64,000 nucleotides of DNA from assembly GCF_012927455.1 (NCBI RefSeq), contig NZ_JABBPE010000003.1, positions 18,970 through 82,969 on the forward strand, in the 5' to 3' direction. Under the pieces are notes generated by a model. That model ran no database searches. It saw only the letters and a program-made list of their open reading frames with translations, and had not been told where the DNA came from. Shown piece by piece: positions 8,685-17,464 of this stretch. Each line of letters starts with the position of its first letter. The first letter of the stretch is position 1. Origin of the DNA: Polaromonas sp. (GTDB lineage: Bacteria; Pseudomonadota; Gammaproteobacteria; Burkholderiales; Burkholderiaceae_C). A program made the translations under genes and the position numbers.

Positions 8685-10625
8685 TTATGCGGCCGTGCCA
8701 CCGAGGTAAGCCTCGATCACTTTTTCATCAGCCTGCACCTGGGCGGGCTTGCCTTCAGCGATCTTCTGACCGAAATCAAGCACCGACACCGAGTCGCAAA
8801 TGCTCATCACCACGTCCATGTGGTGCTCAATCAAAATCACCGTGATGCCGTGGTCGCGGATCTTGCGGATGATGGTGATCAGCTCCTTGATGTCGGGCGC
8901 GGTGAGGCCAGCCGCCGGTTCGTCAAGCAGCAGCAACTGCGGATCTAGCGCCAGCGCGCGGGCGATTTCGAGTAGGCGCTGCTTTCCGTAGGGCAGGTTG
9001 CGCGCCTCTTCAGTGGCCAGGTCCGCCAGACCGACAAAGCGTAGCAGGCCCAGGCCGCGTTCAGTCGCTGCTTTTTCTTCGCGCTGGTAGCGCGGCGTGT
9101 GCAGCGACACGTCAATGATGTTGCTGGCAAAGGTGTGATGCAAACCCACCTGCACGTTTTGAAGCGCCGTCATCTCGCCGAACAGCTGCACGTTCTGGAA
9201 CGTGCGTGCGATGCCCGACAGCGCGATATCGGACGAGGTGCGGCCCACCACCGAGCGGCCGGCAAACTCGATGCTGCCAGCGGTCGGTACGTAAATGCCA
9301 GTCAGCACATTCATCATGGTGCTTTTGCCAGACCCGTTGGGGCCAATCAGCCCGTGAATGGTGCCGCGCTTGACGTGCAAATCCACCTGGTTGATGGCCT
9401 TGAGGCCACCAAACTGCATGAGCACGCCTTGTGCGATCAAGAGGTCGCTTCCCGCCTCGCCAGCACCGGCGCTGGTAGCAACCATGACCGCGTCTTTGCC
9501 GGTATCGGCCGCCGCCAAGACCCCGGCATCTATATCGACCACCTTGGGCACATGAAACAGGCTTCGGACAAAACCGACGATGCCGTTCTGCAGGTAATAC
9601 ACCACGAACAGAATCATCAGACCGAAAATACTGAGGCGCCAGTCGGTGATCGATTGCAGCCAGAACGAAAAACCGGCCAACGCCATCGTGCCAACGACCG
9701 GAATCGCCATGGCTTTTGGGGTGGTGATTTTTTTGACCACCGCGACCACCGCGCCTACCGCAATCAGCAAGGCCAGTGCCGAAGCCACGATGCGGAATAG
9801 TTCAAGATCGTCCAACAGTTTGGGCAAAATCACAATGATGGCAGCGCCCAGCAAGGCCCCAGCGCGGCTCTTACGGCCACCCATGATGACGGCCAACAAA
9901 AACAATACCGTCAACTCAAAGTTGTAGGTGTTGGGCGAGATGTATTGCTCCGAGTAGGCATAGAGGCAGCCGGCCAGTCCGGCGAAGCCCGCGCTGATCA
10001 CAAACGCATATACCTTGTAGCGGTAGACCGACACACCCATACAGTCTGACGCGACAGGGCTGCCACGCAAGGCCTCAAAGGCGCGGCCCAGTTGCGATTT
10101 AAGAATGCGGTGCACCACCACCAGCGACACCACCATGAGCGTGAACACCAGCCAGTAAAAACCATGTTCATCGAGCTTGTAACTGCCGATGGACGGTTTG
10201 GGAATAGTGATGCCTAGCGGTCCTTCGGTAAGAAAAGTCATCTCGTTGATCAAGATCTGGATGATGGTGCCGAAAGCCAGCGTCACCATGGCCAGATAAG
10301 GGCCCGTAACGCGCAGGGCCGGCAAGGCCAGCAAAGCACCGAAAGCGGCTGTCACGGCGATGCTGGCGGGAATGATGACCCACAGCGGCGCGCCCAGCTT
10401 CATGAACAGCACGCCGGCCGTGTAGGATCCCACACCAAAAAGACCGGCATGGCCAAGCGACACCTGGCCGGTGTAACCCACCACAATGTCCAGGCCGAAC
10501 AGCAAAATTGCGTAGATCATGATCGTGCCGATCATGTGGATGTAATACGAGTTGCTGGTAAACAGCGGTGCGGCAGCCAGCAGGGCCAGGCCAATCACCG
10601 CCGCAATCAAAGTCTTGCGGTTCAT
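8685..10625 (-). CDS. Fused LivM permease / LivG ATPase
   Basis: N-terminal membrane domain (GYTGQVSLGHA, GPYLAMVTLAFG) fused to an ABC domain (GPNGSGKST, LPYGKQRLLEIARAL, LDEPAAG); 646 aa. Confidence 0.9.
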   Translation of the reverse strand: MNRKTLIAAVIGLALLAAAPLFTSNSYYIHMIGTIMIYAILLFGLDIVVGYTGQVSLGHAGLFGVGSYTAGVLFMKLGAPLWVIIPASIAVTAAFGALLALPALRVTGPYLAMVTLAFGTIIQILINEMTFLTEGPLGITIPKPSIGSYKLDEHGFYWLVFTLMVVSLVVVHRILKSQLGRAFEALRGSPVASDCMGVSVYRYKVYAFVISAGFAGLAGCLYAYSEQYISPNTYNFELTVLFLLAVIMGGRKSRAGALLGAAIIVILPKLLDDLELFRIVASALALLIAVGAVVAVVKKITTPKAMAIPVVGTMALAGFSFWLQSITDWRLSIFGLMILFVVYYLQNGIVGFVRSLFHVPKVVDIDAGVLAAADTGKDAVMVATSAGAGEAGSDLLIAQGVLMQFGGLKAINQVDLHVKRGTIHGLIGPNGSGKSTMMNVLTGIYVPTAGSIEFAGRSVVGRTSSDIALSGIARTFQNVQLFGEMTALQNVQVGLHHTFASNIIDVSLHTPRYQREEKAATERGLGLLRFVGLADLATEEARNLPYGKQRLLEIARALALDPQLLLLDEPAAGLTAPDIKELITIIRKIRDHGITVILIEHHMDVVMSICDSVSVLDFGQKIAEGKPAQVQADEKVIEAYLGGTAA

Positions 10626-10639
10626 CTTGAGGCTTTCTC

Positions 10640-11515
10640 TTAGACTTTTTTGATGGCGGTTTTACCAAACAGGCCCGCCGGTTTGAAGGCTAGCACCAGC
10701 AGCAACAGGACCAGACCGGGCACATCTTTGTAGCCGGTAGAAAGGTAATAACCGGTGGTGGTTTCAGCCACACCGAGGATGATGCCGCCCACAATAATGC
10801 CCATGCCGCTGGTCAGTCCGCCAATGATGGCGACCGCAAAAGCCTTGAGCCCCAGCACGGCACCCATGGTGGCGCCAGTCAATGTCAACGGTGCAATTAA
10901 CGCACCCGCAAACGCGGCAGAGGCGGAGGACAGCGCATAGGAAAAGGTGATCACCAAGCCGGTATTGATGCCCATCAGTTTGGCCGCATCGCGGTCGTTA
11001 AACGTGGCCACCACCGCTTTTCCGTAAATCGTCTTGCGATTGAAAAATTCAACCGCCAGCATCATCAGCACAGCACCCACCACCACGAGAATTTCCATGG
11101 GCAGCACATTGGCACCAAGAATCTTGAGGGGCGACTCGGGCAGCGGTGAGGGGAACTTCATGTCGTCCCGGCCCCAGACGTTCTCCGCCACGTTTTTGAA
11201 AATAATGCCCAGCGCGATGGTGGACATGATCCAGCCGAACTCGCTCTTGATCTTGATCGCGGGGCGCACGCCAATACGCTCGACCAGACCGCCCTGAAAC
11301 AGACCAAACACAATGACCAGCGGCAGCATGAGCCAGTAATTCACGCCCATATTTACCAGCGTCAAACCGACCATCGCGCCAAGCATGAGTGCATCGCCCT
11401 GGCCGAAATTAAGGGTGTCTGAAGTTTGAAATGTCAGCTGGTAGCCAAATGCAATGACGGCATAGATCATGCCCATCGCAATACCGCTGTAGACAAGTTG
11501 AAGCAGGATTTCCAT
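10640..11515 (-). CDS. livH: LivH-like ABC permease
   Basis: GIAMGMIYAVIAFG, LNFGQG, GLKAFAVAIIGG, KPAGLFG. Start set at MEILL. Confidence 0.88.
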   Translation of the reverse strand: MEILLQLVYSGIAMGMIYAVIAFGYQLTFQTSDTLNFGQGDALMLGAMVGLTLVNMGVNYWLMLPLVIVFGLFQGGLVERIGVRPAIKIKSEFGWIMSTIALGIIFKNVAENVWGRDDMKFPSPLPESPLKILGANVLPMEILVVVGAVLMMLAVEFFNRKTIYGKAVVATFNDRDAAKLMGINTGLVITFSYALSSASAAFAGALIAPLTLTGATMGAVLGLKAFAVAIIGGLTSGMGIIVGGIILGVAETTTGYYLSTGYKDVPGLVLLLLVLAFKPAGLFGKTAIKKV

Positions 11516-11553
11516 AGATTCACTTCCGCGCAATGGCCTTCAAACGGTGGCCG

Positions 11554-11591
11554 AAAAAAAAGCGCCGCGCCAGCCGTATCAGCTGGCGCGG
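11554..11591 (-). terminator. Hairpin/terminator after the substrate-binding gene
   Basis: Stem CCGCGCCAGC/GCTGGCGCGG with an A8 tract on the plus strand (U tract on the minus strand). Confidence 0.55.
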
Positions 11592-11618
11592 TTCCATCAT
11601 TCAATTTGAATCGAAAAA

Positions 11619-12854
11619 CTACTTCTTGACGACTGGCGTGCCCTTCGCGCTGGCGTCTTTCAAGCGAACTTCGGAAGCCTTTTTGAAGTCATCGGGATAG
11701 GCATACACCACGCGTTGGCCCTTGACCTCGCCGAAGACAGGGATGTTGGCTGTAATGGCTTCGTGGTCGTTGGCTGTAAATGGTTTGTTGTAGGTGGTCA
11801 CAACGCCCTCAACCGGAGCCTTCAGCTCTTCCAGCGCAGCCTTGATCTTCGGGCCTTCGGTCGAGTTGGCCTGCTTGATTGCCGCGGCCAGCAGGTACAC
11901 CGAGTCGTAGCCCTGGGCTGCCGACACTGGCGAGTCGATTCGCGCGTTCTTCGGGTTGAAGGTCTTGAGGTAGTTGATGATGAAGGACTGACGCTTGGGC
12001 GTTGTCGGCTCCTGGATAAAGGTTTGCGGCATGCGCGCGCCCTCCCCACCGGGGCCAGCGTTGTCGATGTAGTTGGCCATAGAGAGTGTCCAACTGCCGA
12101 CCATGGGAACTTTCCAGCCCAGTTTGGTCATGCCGTTGGCAATCTGCGCCAGCTCAGGGCCGATGCCGTAGGTCAGTACGGCTTCGGCGCCGGCTTCCTT
12201 GGCCTTGAGCAGTTGGGCGGTCATGTCAACATCCTTGATGTTGAACTTCTCGACGGCGACGGGCTTGATGCCTTTTGCCTCCAGCGCCTTTTCGAGGTCG
12301 GCGCGGCCGAGTTGGCCGTAGTTGGTGGAGTCAGCCAGGATTGCGACCTTTTTGAAACCGCGGCGTGTTATGGCTTCTTCCACAATCATCGGCGCCTGAA
12401 TGCTGTCATGCGCGGAGTTGCGAAAGATGTAATTTTCGGGCTGGTCTTTAAACTGCGTGGTGATGACACTGCCAGTTGCCACGTTATTCATCACAGGAAT
12501 TTTGGCTTCCTGAAAGAAGCGCTGCGATGCCAGTGCCACACCGGTATTGATGTAACCCACCACAGCGGTAACTTTTTCCTTGTTGATAAGTTCCTGGGCG
12601 ATTTGCACGCCGCGCTCGTTCTTGGCCTCATCGTCACGCTCAACCAGCTGGATTTTGCGGCCAAGAACGCCGCCAGCCTTGTTGATTTCTTCAGTGGCGA
12701 GCCGGACGCCATCACGCATGCTGACACCCATGGACGAAGAACCCCCGGTGAAAGGGCCGGCCACACCGATCTTGATAGGTTCGGCTGCAGCAGCCATTCC
12801 AGCGATGCTCAAAACCGCTGACGCAACGGCCAGTTTTGCAAAACGAATGTTCAT
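11619..12854 (-). CDS. LivK/Leu-Ile-Val-type periplasmic binding protein
   Basis: Signal peptide MNIRFAKLAVASAVLSIAGMAAA, then IKIGVAGPFTGG and INKAGGVLGRKIQLVERDD. GGAG RBS supports the start at 12854. Confidence 0.9.
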   Translation of the reverse strand: MNIRFAKLAVASAVLSIAGMAAAAEPIKIGVAGPFTGGSSSMGVSMRDGVRLATEEINKAGGVLGRKIQLVERDDEAKNERGVQIAQELINKEKVTAVVGYINTGVALASQRFFQEAKIPVMNNVATGSVITTQFKDQPENYIFRNSAHDSIQAPMIVEEAITRRGFKKVAILADSTNYGQLGRADLEKALEAKGIKPVAVEKFNIKDVDMTAQLLKAKEAGAEAVLTYGIGPELAQIANGMTKLGWKVPMVGSWTLSMANYIDNAGPGGEGARMPQTFIQEPTTPKRQSFIINYLKTFNPKNARIDSPVSAAQGYDSVYLLAAAIKQANSTEGPKIKAALEELKAPVEGVVTTYNKPFTANDHEAITANIPVFGEVKGQRVVYAYPDDFKKASEVRLKDASAKGTPVVKK

Positions 12855-13531
12855 GTTAGCTCCATAGTGATAAATAAACTTGACGCGCGGTGAACAGCGC
12901 GACAACGCCACTTCAGCTCCTGCAGATCGAGGTCGAGCGACTAATCTATCCGACTTGTCGGAAAAATCTGTTAGTGGTTTCCGCAAAAAAACCCCAATAC
13001 ACGGCAAAACGCCGTGAACATTTTTTAGGATTTCACCAAAAATATTTCAAACCTCCTTCTTGCACGATGCACAAGCGCGCAAGAATCTACGGGTTAACCC
13101 CACGCCGCAAGCCTCATCCAGCTGCCAGCCTTGCCGATCGCAGCGCGCATGAGGTGCCGTGCGCGCCAGCGCCTGGCGACTTTGCTGGCGTCGTGCATTC
13201 AGACGCTGCGGCGAGAGGGGCGCCGTCGTCACCGGTCCCGCTTCGGTGGTCGGACCGGGACAGCTGGCCCCAGGAGCGCACCCGCTGCACCTGCGCACTG
13301 CCATGACGCCTTTTCACCGTGCTCCGTATCGCGCTGCGATTTGATGCGAACCAGGTTGCGAGAAACCAGCACCGCCCGGCCCGACGGTCCGCCTTAATGG
13401 ACAAAGGCAGTTTCACCCCGGCCGGGCGGGTGAGGCAATTGCCGGCAAACCTTGGTAAAAACCCTCTTACACGCCGCGCGCCAAAGGCGAAAGATAACGT
13501 GCCAACGTTTTTTTACAAAAGGAGACAAACC

Positions 13532-14641
13532 ATGACAGATATCAAGACCCCCCGCCGCCGCGGCCTGCTGAAAGGCGCTGCTGTCGCCGTCGGCGCGATG
13601 TCCGCCCCCATGATCGCCAAGGCACAGACCACGTCTTTTCGTTTCCAGAGCACCTGGCCGGCCAAGGACGTCTTCCATGAATACGCCAATGATTTTGCGA
13701 AAAAGGTCAATGACATGGCCGGCGGGAAGCTGAAGATTGAAGTACTGCCTGCCGGTGCCGTGGTGCCCGCATTCCAGCTGCTGGAAGCCGTCAACAAGGG
13801 CACGCTAGACGGCGGTCACGGCGTGGTGGCGTACCACTACGGCAAGCAAGCAGCGCTCGCGCTGTGGGGCTCCGGCCCTGCTTATGGCATGGACCCCAAC
13901 ATGGTGCTCGCCTGGCATAACTACGGTGGTGGCAAGGCGCTGCTGGAAGAAATCTACAAATCGATCAACATGGACGTCGTGTCTTACCTCACGGGACCGA
14001 TGCCGACCCAACCGCTGGGCTGGTTCAAAAAGCCCATCGCCAAAGTCGCCGACATGAAGGGCCTGAAGTTCCGCACGGTTGGCCTGTCGGTGGACATCTT
14101 CACCGAGTTGGGCATGGCGGTCAACCCACTGCCGGGCGGAGAAATCGTGCCGGCACTGGACCGCGGCCTGATTGATGCAGCCGAGTTCAACAATGCCACA
14201 TCCGACCGTATCCTCGGCTTCCCAGACGTGGTGAAAAACTGCATGCTGCAGAGCTTCCACCAGAGTGGTGAGCAGTTCGAAATCCTGTTCAACAAGCCGA
14301 AGTACAACGCACTGCCGCAAGAACTCAAGTCCATCATCGACTACGCTGTGCAGGCCGCCAGCGCCGACATGAGCTGGAAGGCGGTCGAACGCAACTCGCA
14401 GGACTACATCGAGCTTAAGAAGCAAGGCATCAAGTTCTACAAGACACCCGATGCGATCCTGCGCGCCCAGCTAGAGGCTTGGGACAAGGTCATCGAAAAG
14501 AAGAGCAAGGACAATCCGCTGTTCGTCAAGGTGCTGGCCTCGCAAAAGGCCTTTGCGGCCCGCGCCAGTCAGTGGCAAAACGACTACATGGTGGATTTCA
14601 AAATGGCCTACAACCACTACTTCAGCAAGAAGAAAGTCTAA
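13532..14641 (+). CDS. dctP: TRAP substrate-binding protein DctP (TakP/keto-acid-like, Tat signal)
   Basis: Tat motif RRRGLLKGAA, FRFQSTWP, LKFRTVG, GEIVPALDRGLIDAAEF. AGGAG RBS before ATG 13532. Confidence 0.88.
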   Translation: MTDIKTPRRRGLLKGAAVAVGAMSAPMIAKAQTTSFRFQSTWPAKDVFHEYANDFAKKVNDMAGGKLKIEVLPAGAVVPAFQLLEAVNKGTLDGGHGVVAYHYGKQAALALWGSGPAYGMDPNMVLAWHNYGGGKALLEEIYKSINMDVVSYLTGPMPTQPLGWFKKPIAKVADMKGLKFRTVGLSVDIFTELGMAVNPLPGGEIVPALDRGLIDAAEFNNATSDRILGFPDVVKNCMLQSFHQSGEQFEILFNKPKYNALPQELKSIIDYAVQAASADMSWKAVERNSQDYIELKKQGIKFYKTPDAILRAQLEAWDKVIEKKSKDNPLFVKVLASQKAFAARASQWQNDYMVDFKMAYNHYFSKKKV

Positions 14642-14659
14642 GCCCGGACTTCAAGTACA

Positions 14660-14695
14660 CCAGCCATCCGGTTCATCTGGATGGCTGGTTTTTGT
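14660..14695 (+). terminator. Hairpin with U tract after dctP
   Basis: CCAGCCATCC-loop-GGATGGCTGG followed by TTTTTG. Confidence 0.65.
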
Positions 14696-14728
14696 TTGTG
14701 CGCCCCGCAAGGGCTAACAGGTATTTTT

Positions 14729-15355
14729 ATGCGTGTCCAACGAGTTCTTCATATGGCGGACGAGATCAGCACCTGGGTCGGCAAGGCGGCCGCCTGGCTC
14801 ATCGTGGCGCTGATGCTGCTGGTCTGCGCCGAAGTCTTCAAACGCTACGCACTCAACGCGCCGACCGCCTGGATTTATGACGTCAACAACATGCTGTACG
14901 GCACGCTGTTCATGCTGGGCGGAGCTTACACCCTGGCGCATGACGGGCACGTGCGCGGTGACTTTTTCTACGGCAACATGAAACCGCGCACGCAAGCCTC
15001 GCTGGATTTTGTGTTGTATCTGCTGTTTTTCATTCCAGGTATTGCGGCACTCACCTGGGCAGGGTGGACTTATTTTCAGGATTCCCTGGCGATGCATGAA
15101 CAGACCTTCAATGCCGATCCAATTCCGCTTTACCCTTTTAAGTTCGTCATTCCAGTGGCCGGAGCAATTGTGCTAATGCAGGGCATCGCCGAAATCGTTC
15201 GCTGCGTGGTGTGCATCAAGACCGGCGAATGGACCCCACGGCTGAAGGATGCCGAGGAGTCCGATGTGGTGGCGCAGCAACTCGCCGGCAGTGAATACGT
15301 CGACGAGGAAGCGCGTCAATTAGCCATCGAGAAATCCATCGGGATGAAGGGCTAA
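14729..15355 (+). CDS. dctQ: TRAP small permease DctQ
   Basis: Four TM helices; EVFKRYALNAPTAW and LAHDGHVRGD. Confidence 0.88.
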   Translation: MRVQRVLHMADEISTWVGKAAAWLIVALMLLVCAEVFKRYALNAPTAWIYDVNNMLYGTLFMLGGAYTLAHDGHVRGDFFYGNMKPRTQASLDFVLYLLFFIPGIAALTWAGWTYFQDSLAMHEQTFNADPIPLYPFKFVIPVAGAIVLMQGIAEIVRCVVCIKTGEWTPRLKDAEESDVVAQQLAGSEYVDEEARQLAIEKSIGMKG

Positions 15356-15358
15356 ATC

Positions 15359-17317
15359 ATGAGCAACGCAGCACTCGGCATGACCATGCTTTGCCTCATC
15401 GTGGTTGTCATCATGATGGGTTTTCCGACGGCTTTTACCCTGATGGGTCTGGGCATGCTGTTCGGCTATGTCGCCTTTTACGATCCCGCAGCCTCCTGGC
15501 TGGACAACCGGATTTTCGACCTGATGGTTCAGCGCGCCTTTGGCGCGATGACCAACGAGACACTACTGTCCATCCCGCTTTTTGTGTTGATGGGTTATGT
15601 GATGGAACGCGGCGCGCTGGTGGACAAGATGTTTCACAGCGTCCAGCTGGCGTTTCGCAGCGTGCCTGGCTCCCTGGCCGTCACCACCTTGATCATCTGC
15701 ACCTTCTGGGGCATTGCCAGCGGCTTGGTGGGTGCCGTGGTGGTGCTGATGGGTGTGATCGCGATGCGGCCCATGCTCAACGCCGGTTACGACACGCGGC
15801 TGGCCGCCGGCGTGATTACCGCCGGAGGCACCCTGGGCATCCTGATCCCGCCGTCGGTGATGATCATTGTGTATGCCGCCGTGGCCGGCCAGTCTGTCGT
15901 CAAGCTCTATGCGGCGGCGATGTTCCCCGGTTTCTTCCTGGCGCTGCTTTATCTCATTTACATCATCGGCTGGGTGCTGATCAATCCGAAAATTGCCCCA
16001 AAGCTTCCGCCTGAGCAACAACAGGTGCCGGTGCCGCCTTGGCTCAAGCACCTGTCGAATGCCTATTCCCGCCGCATATTGCCTGCCTTGGCCACTGCGG
16101 TGGCTGCGCCGGACAAAGCGCTGCGGCGCAGCGTGGAAGGCGCGCAAATCACCTGGGGCCTGCTGGTTCGCAGCCTGGCGATGTCCCTCGTACCGGTGGC
16201 GTTGGTAGCGCTCACGCTGGGTACCGTTTGGTGGTACGTGGTCATTCATTCCCAGGAAGATAACCATAAGCTCCAAATGACGCAGCAAGCGGAAGTCAAC
16301 ACCGATACCGGCGCGACTACTTCCTTGACCAAGCCAGCGGCCAGCGGCGTGCAAGAAGCGCCAGGCGCTACTGGTCTGCAGGAGCCACCCGCCGAAGGCG
16401 AACTCAAGGAACTCGGTAATGACGGCGGCCTGGAAGCCCCATCGGGCTCTAGCGAAATGCAGGCCCCCCCCGCAGGTGGCAAAGAACCAATCGAGCCGGC
16501 GATGCAGCAGTTGGGCGACCCCGCGGAGCAGGGGCCGCTGACTCCGGCCGTACCTCCAGCCTTTTATACGGGGTTCTGGATCACCTGCGCGCTGGCGCTG
16601 CTGCTGCTGGCCTGGTATTACTGGCGTTTTGATGCCGAACAGTTCGAGATCCTCAGAATGCTGGTGTCATCGGTGATGCCGCTGGCCCTCCTGACCTTCT
16701 TGGTGCTGGCCGTCATCTTGTTTGGCCTCACCACCGCCACCGAGTCAGCGGCGGTGGGGGCTGCCGGAGCTTTCCTGATGGCCTGGCAGGCGCGCACGCT
16801 GAACTTCCAGCGCATCAAGGAAGCGGTGTTCCTGACCGCCAAGACCACCTCCATGGTGTGCTGGCTATTTGTCGGCTCGGCGCTCTTCTCGGCCGTATTC
16901 GCCCTGCTAGGCGGCCAGCGTGTGGTGGAAGAATGGGTTCTGTCCATGAACCTGTCGCCGATGCAGTTCCTACTGCTGTCGCAGGCCATCATCTTCATTC
17001 TCGGCTGGCCGCTGGAGTGGACCGAGATCATCGTGATTTTCGTGCCCATCTTCCTGCCGCTGCTGGCGCATTTCCAGATCGATCCCATCTTGTGGGGTGT
17101 GCTGGTGTTCGTCAACTTGCAGGCGGCCTTCCTGTCGCCACCGGTGGCCATGTCAGCCTTTTACCTGAAAGGGGTGTCGCCGGCGCACGTGACTATCAAC
17201 CAGATTTTCGCGGGCATGATGCCCTATATGCTGATCGTCATTCTCTGCATGGTGTTCATGTACATCTGGCCGGGGCTGACACTGTGGCTGCCCAACTACC
17301 TGTACGGTGGCGGCTAA
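15359..17317 (+). CDS. dctM: TRAP large permease DctM with an internal hydrophilic insertion
   Basis: LLSIPLFVLMG, GTLGILIPPS, TATESAAVG, AFLSPPVA; about 100 aa acidic Pro/Gly-rich insert in the middle. Confidence 0.88.
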   Translation: MSNAALGMTMLCLIVVVIMMGFPTAFTLMGLGMLFGYVAFYDPAASWLDNRIFDLMVQRAFGAMTNETLLSIPLFVLMGYVMERGALVDKMFHSVQLAFRSVPGSLAVTTLIICTFWGIASGLVGAVVVLMGVIAMRPMLNAGYDTRLAAGVITAGGTLGILIPPSVMIIVYAAVAGQSVVKLYAAAMFPGFFLALLYLIYIIGWVLINPKIAPKLPPEQQQVPVPPWLKHLSNAYSRRILPALATAVAAPDKALRRSVEGAQITWGLLVRSLAMSLVPVALVALTLGTVWWYVVIHSQEDNHKLQMTQQAEVNTDTGATTSLTKPAASGVQEAPGATGLQEPPAEGELKELGNDGGLEAPSGSSEMQAPPAGGKEPIEPAMQQLGDPAEQGPLTPAVPPAFYTGFWITCALALLLLAWYYWRFDAEQFEILRMLVSSVMPLALLTFLVLAVILFGLTTATESAAVGAAGAFLMAWQARTLNFQRIKEAVFLTAKTTSMVCWLFVGSALFSAVFALLGGQRVVEEWVLSMNLSPMQFLLLSQAIIFILGWPLEWTEIIVIFVPIFLPLLAHFQIDPILWGVLVFVNLQAAFLSPPVAMSAFYLKGVSPAHVTINQIFAGMMPYMLIVILCMVFMYIWPGLTLWLPNYLYGGG

Positions 17318-17335
17318 TTCTTCCAGCCTGAGTAT

Positions 17336-17363
17336 AAAAAAGGGTGCTTGGGCACTCGTTTTT
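17336..17363. terminator. Probable bidirectional terminator after dctM
   Basis: AAAAAA-GGGTGC-TTGG-GCACTC-G-TTTTT. Confidence 0.55.
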
Positions 17364-17380
17364 AGGCAAAGCAGGTAAGA

Positions 17381-17402
17381 TTGACGTTTACGTAAACGTC
17401 AA
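17381..17402. promoter_or_regulatory. Perfect 22-bp palindrome, probable LiuR operator
   Basis: TTGACGTTTACGTAAACGTCAA is its own reverse complement. It contains the ACGT-nn-ACGT pattern of LiuR (MerR-family branched-chain amino acid regulator) sites and lies 63 nt before icmF. Confidence 0.7.
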
Positions 17403-17464
17403 CTAGAACCACAATTTCGTTGAGTATTGCCTTACCCTCAAGTCGCAGCTACCCGGAGATCTGC

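Noticed and set aside
13047-13400. Overlapping short ORFs between the livK-like gene and dctP
   Set aside because: No RBS or recognisable motif; more likely divergent promoter DNA.
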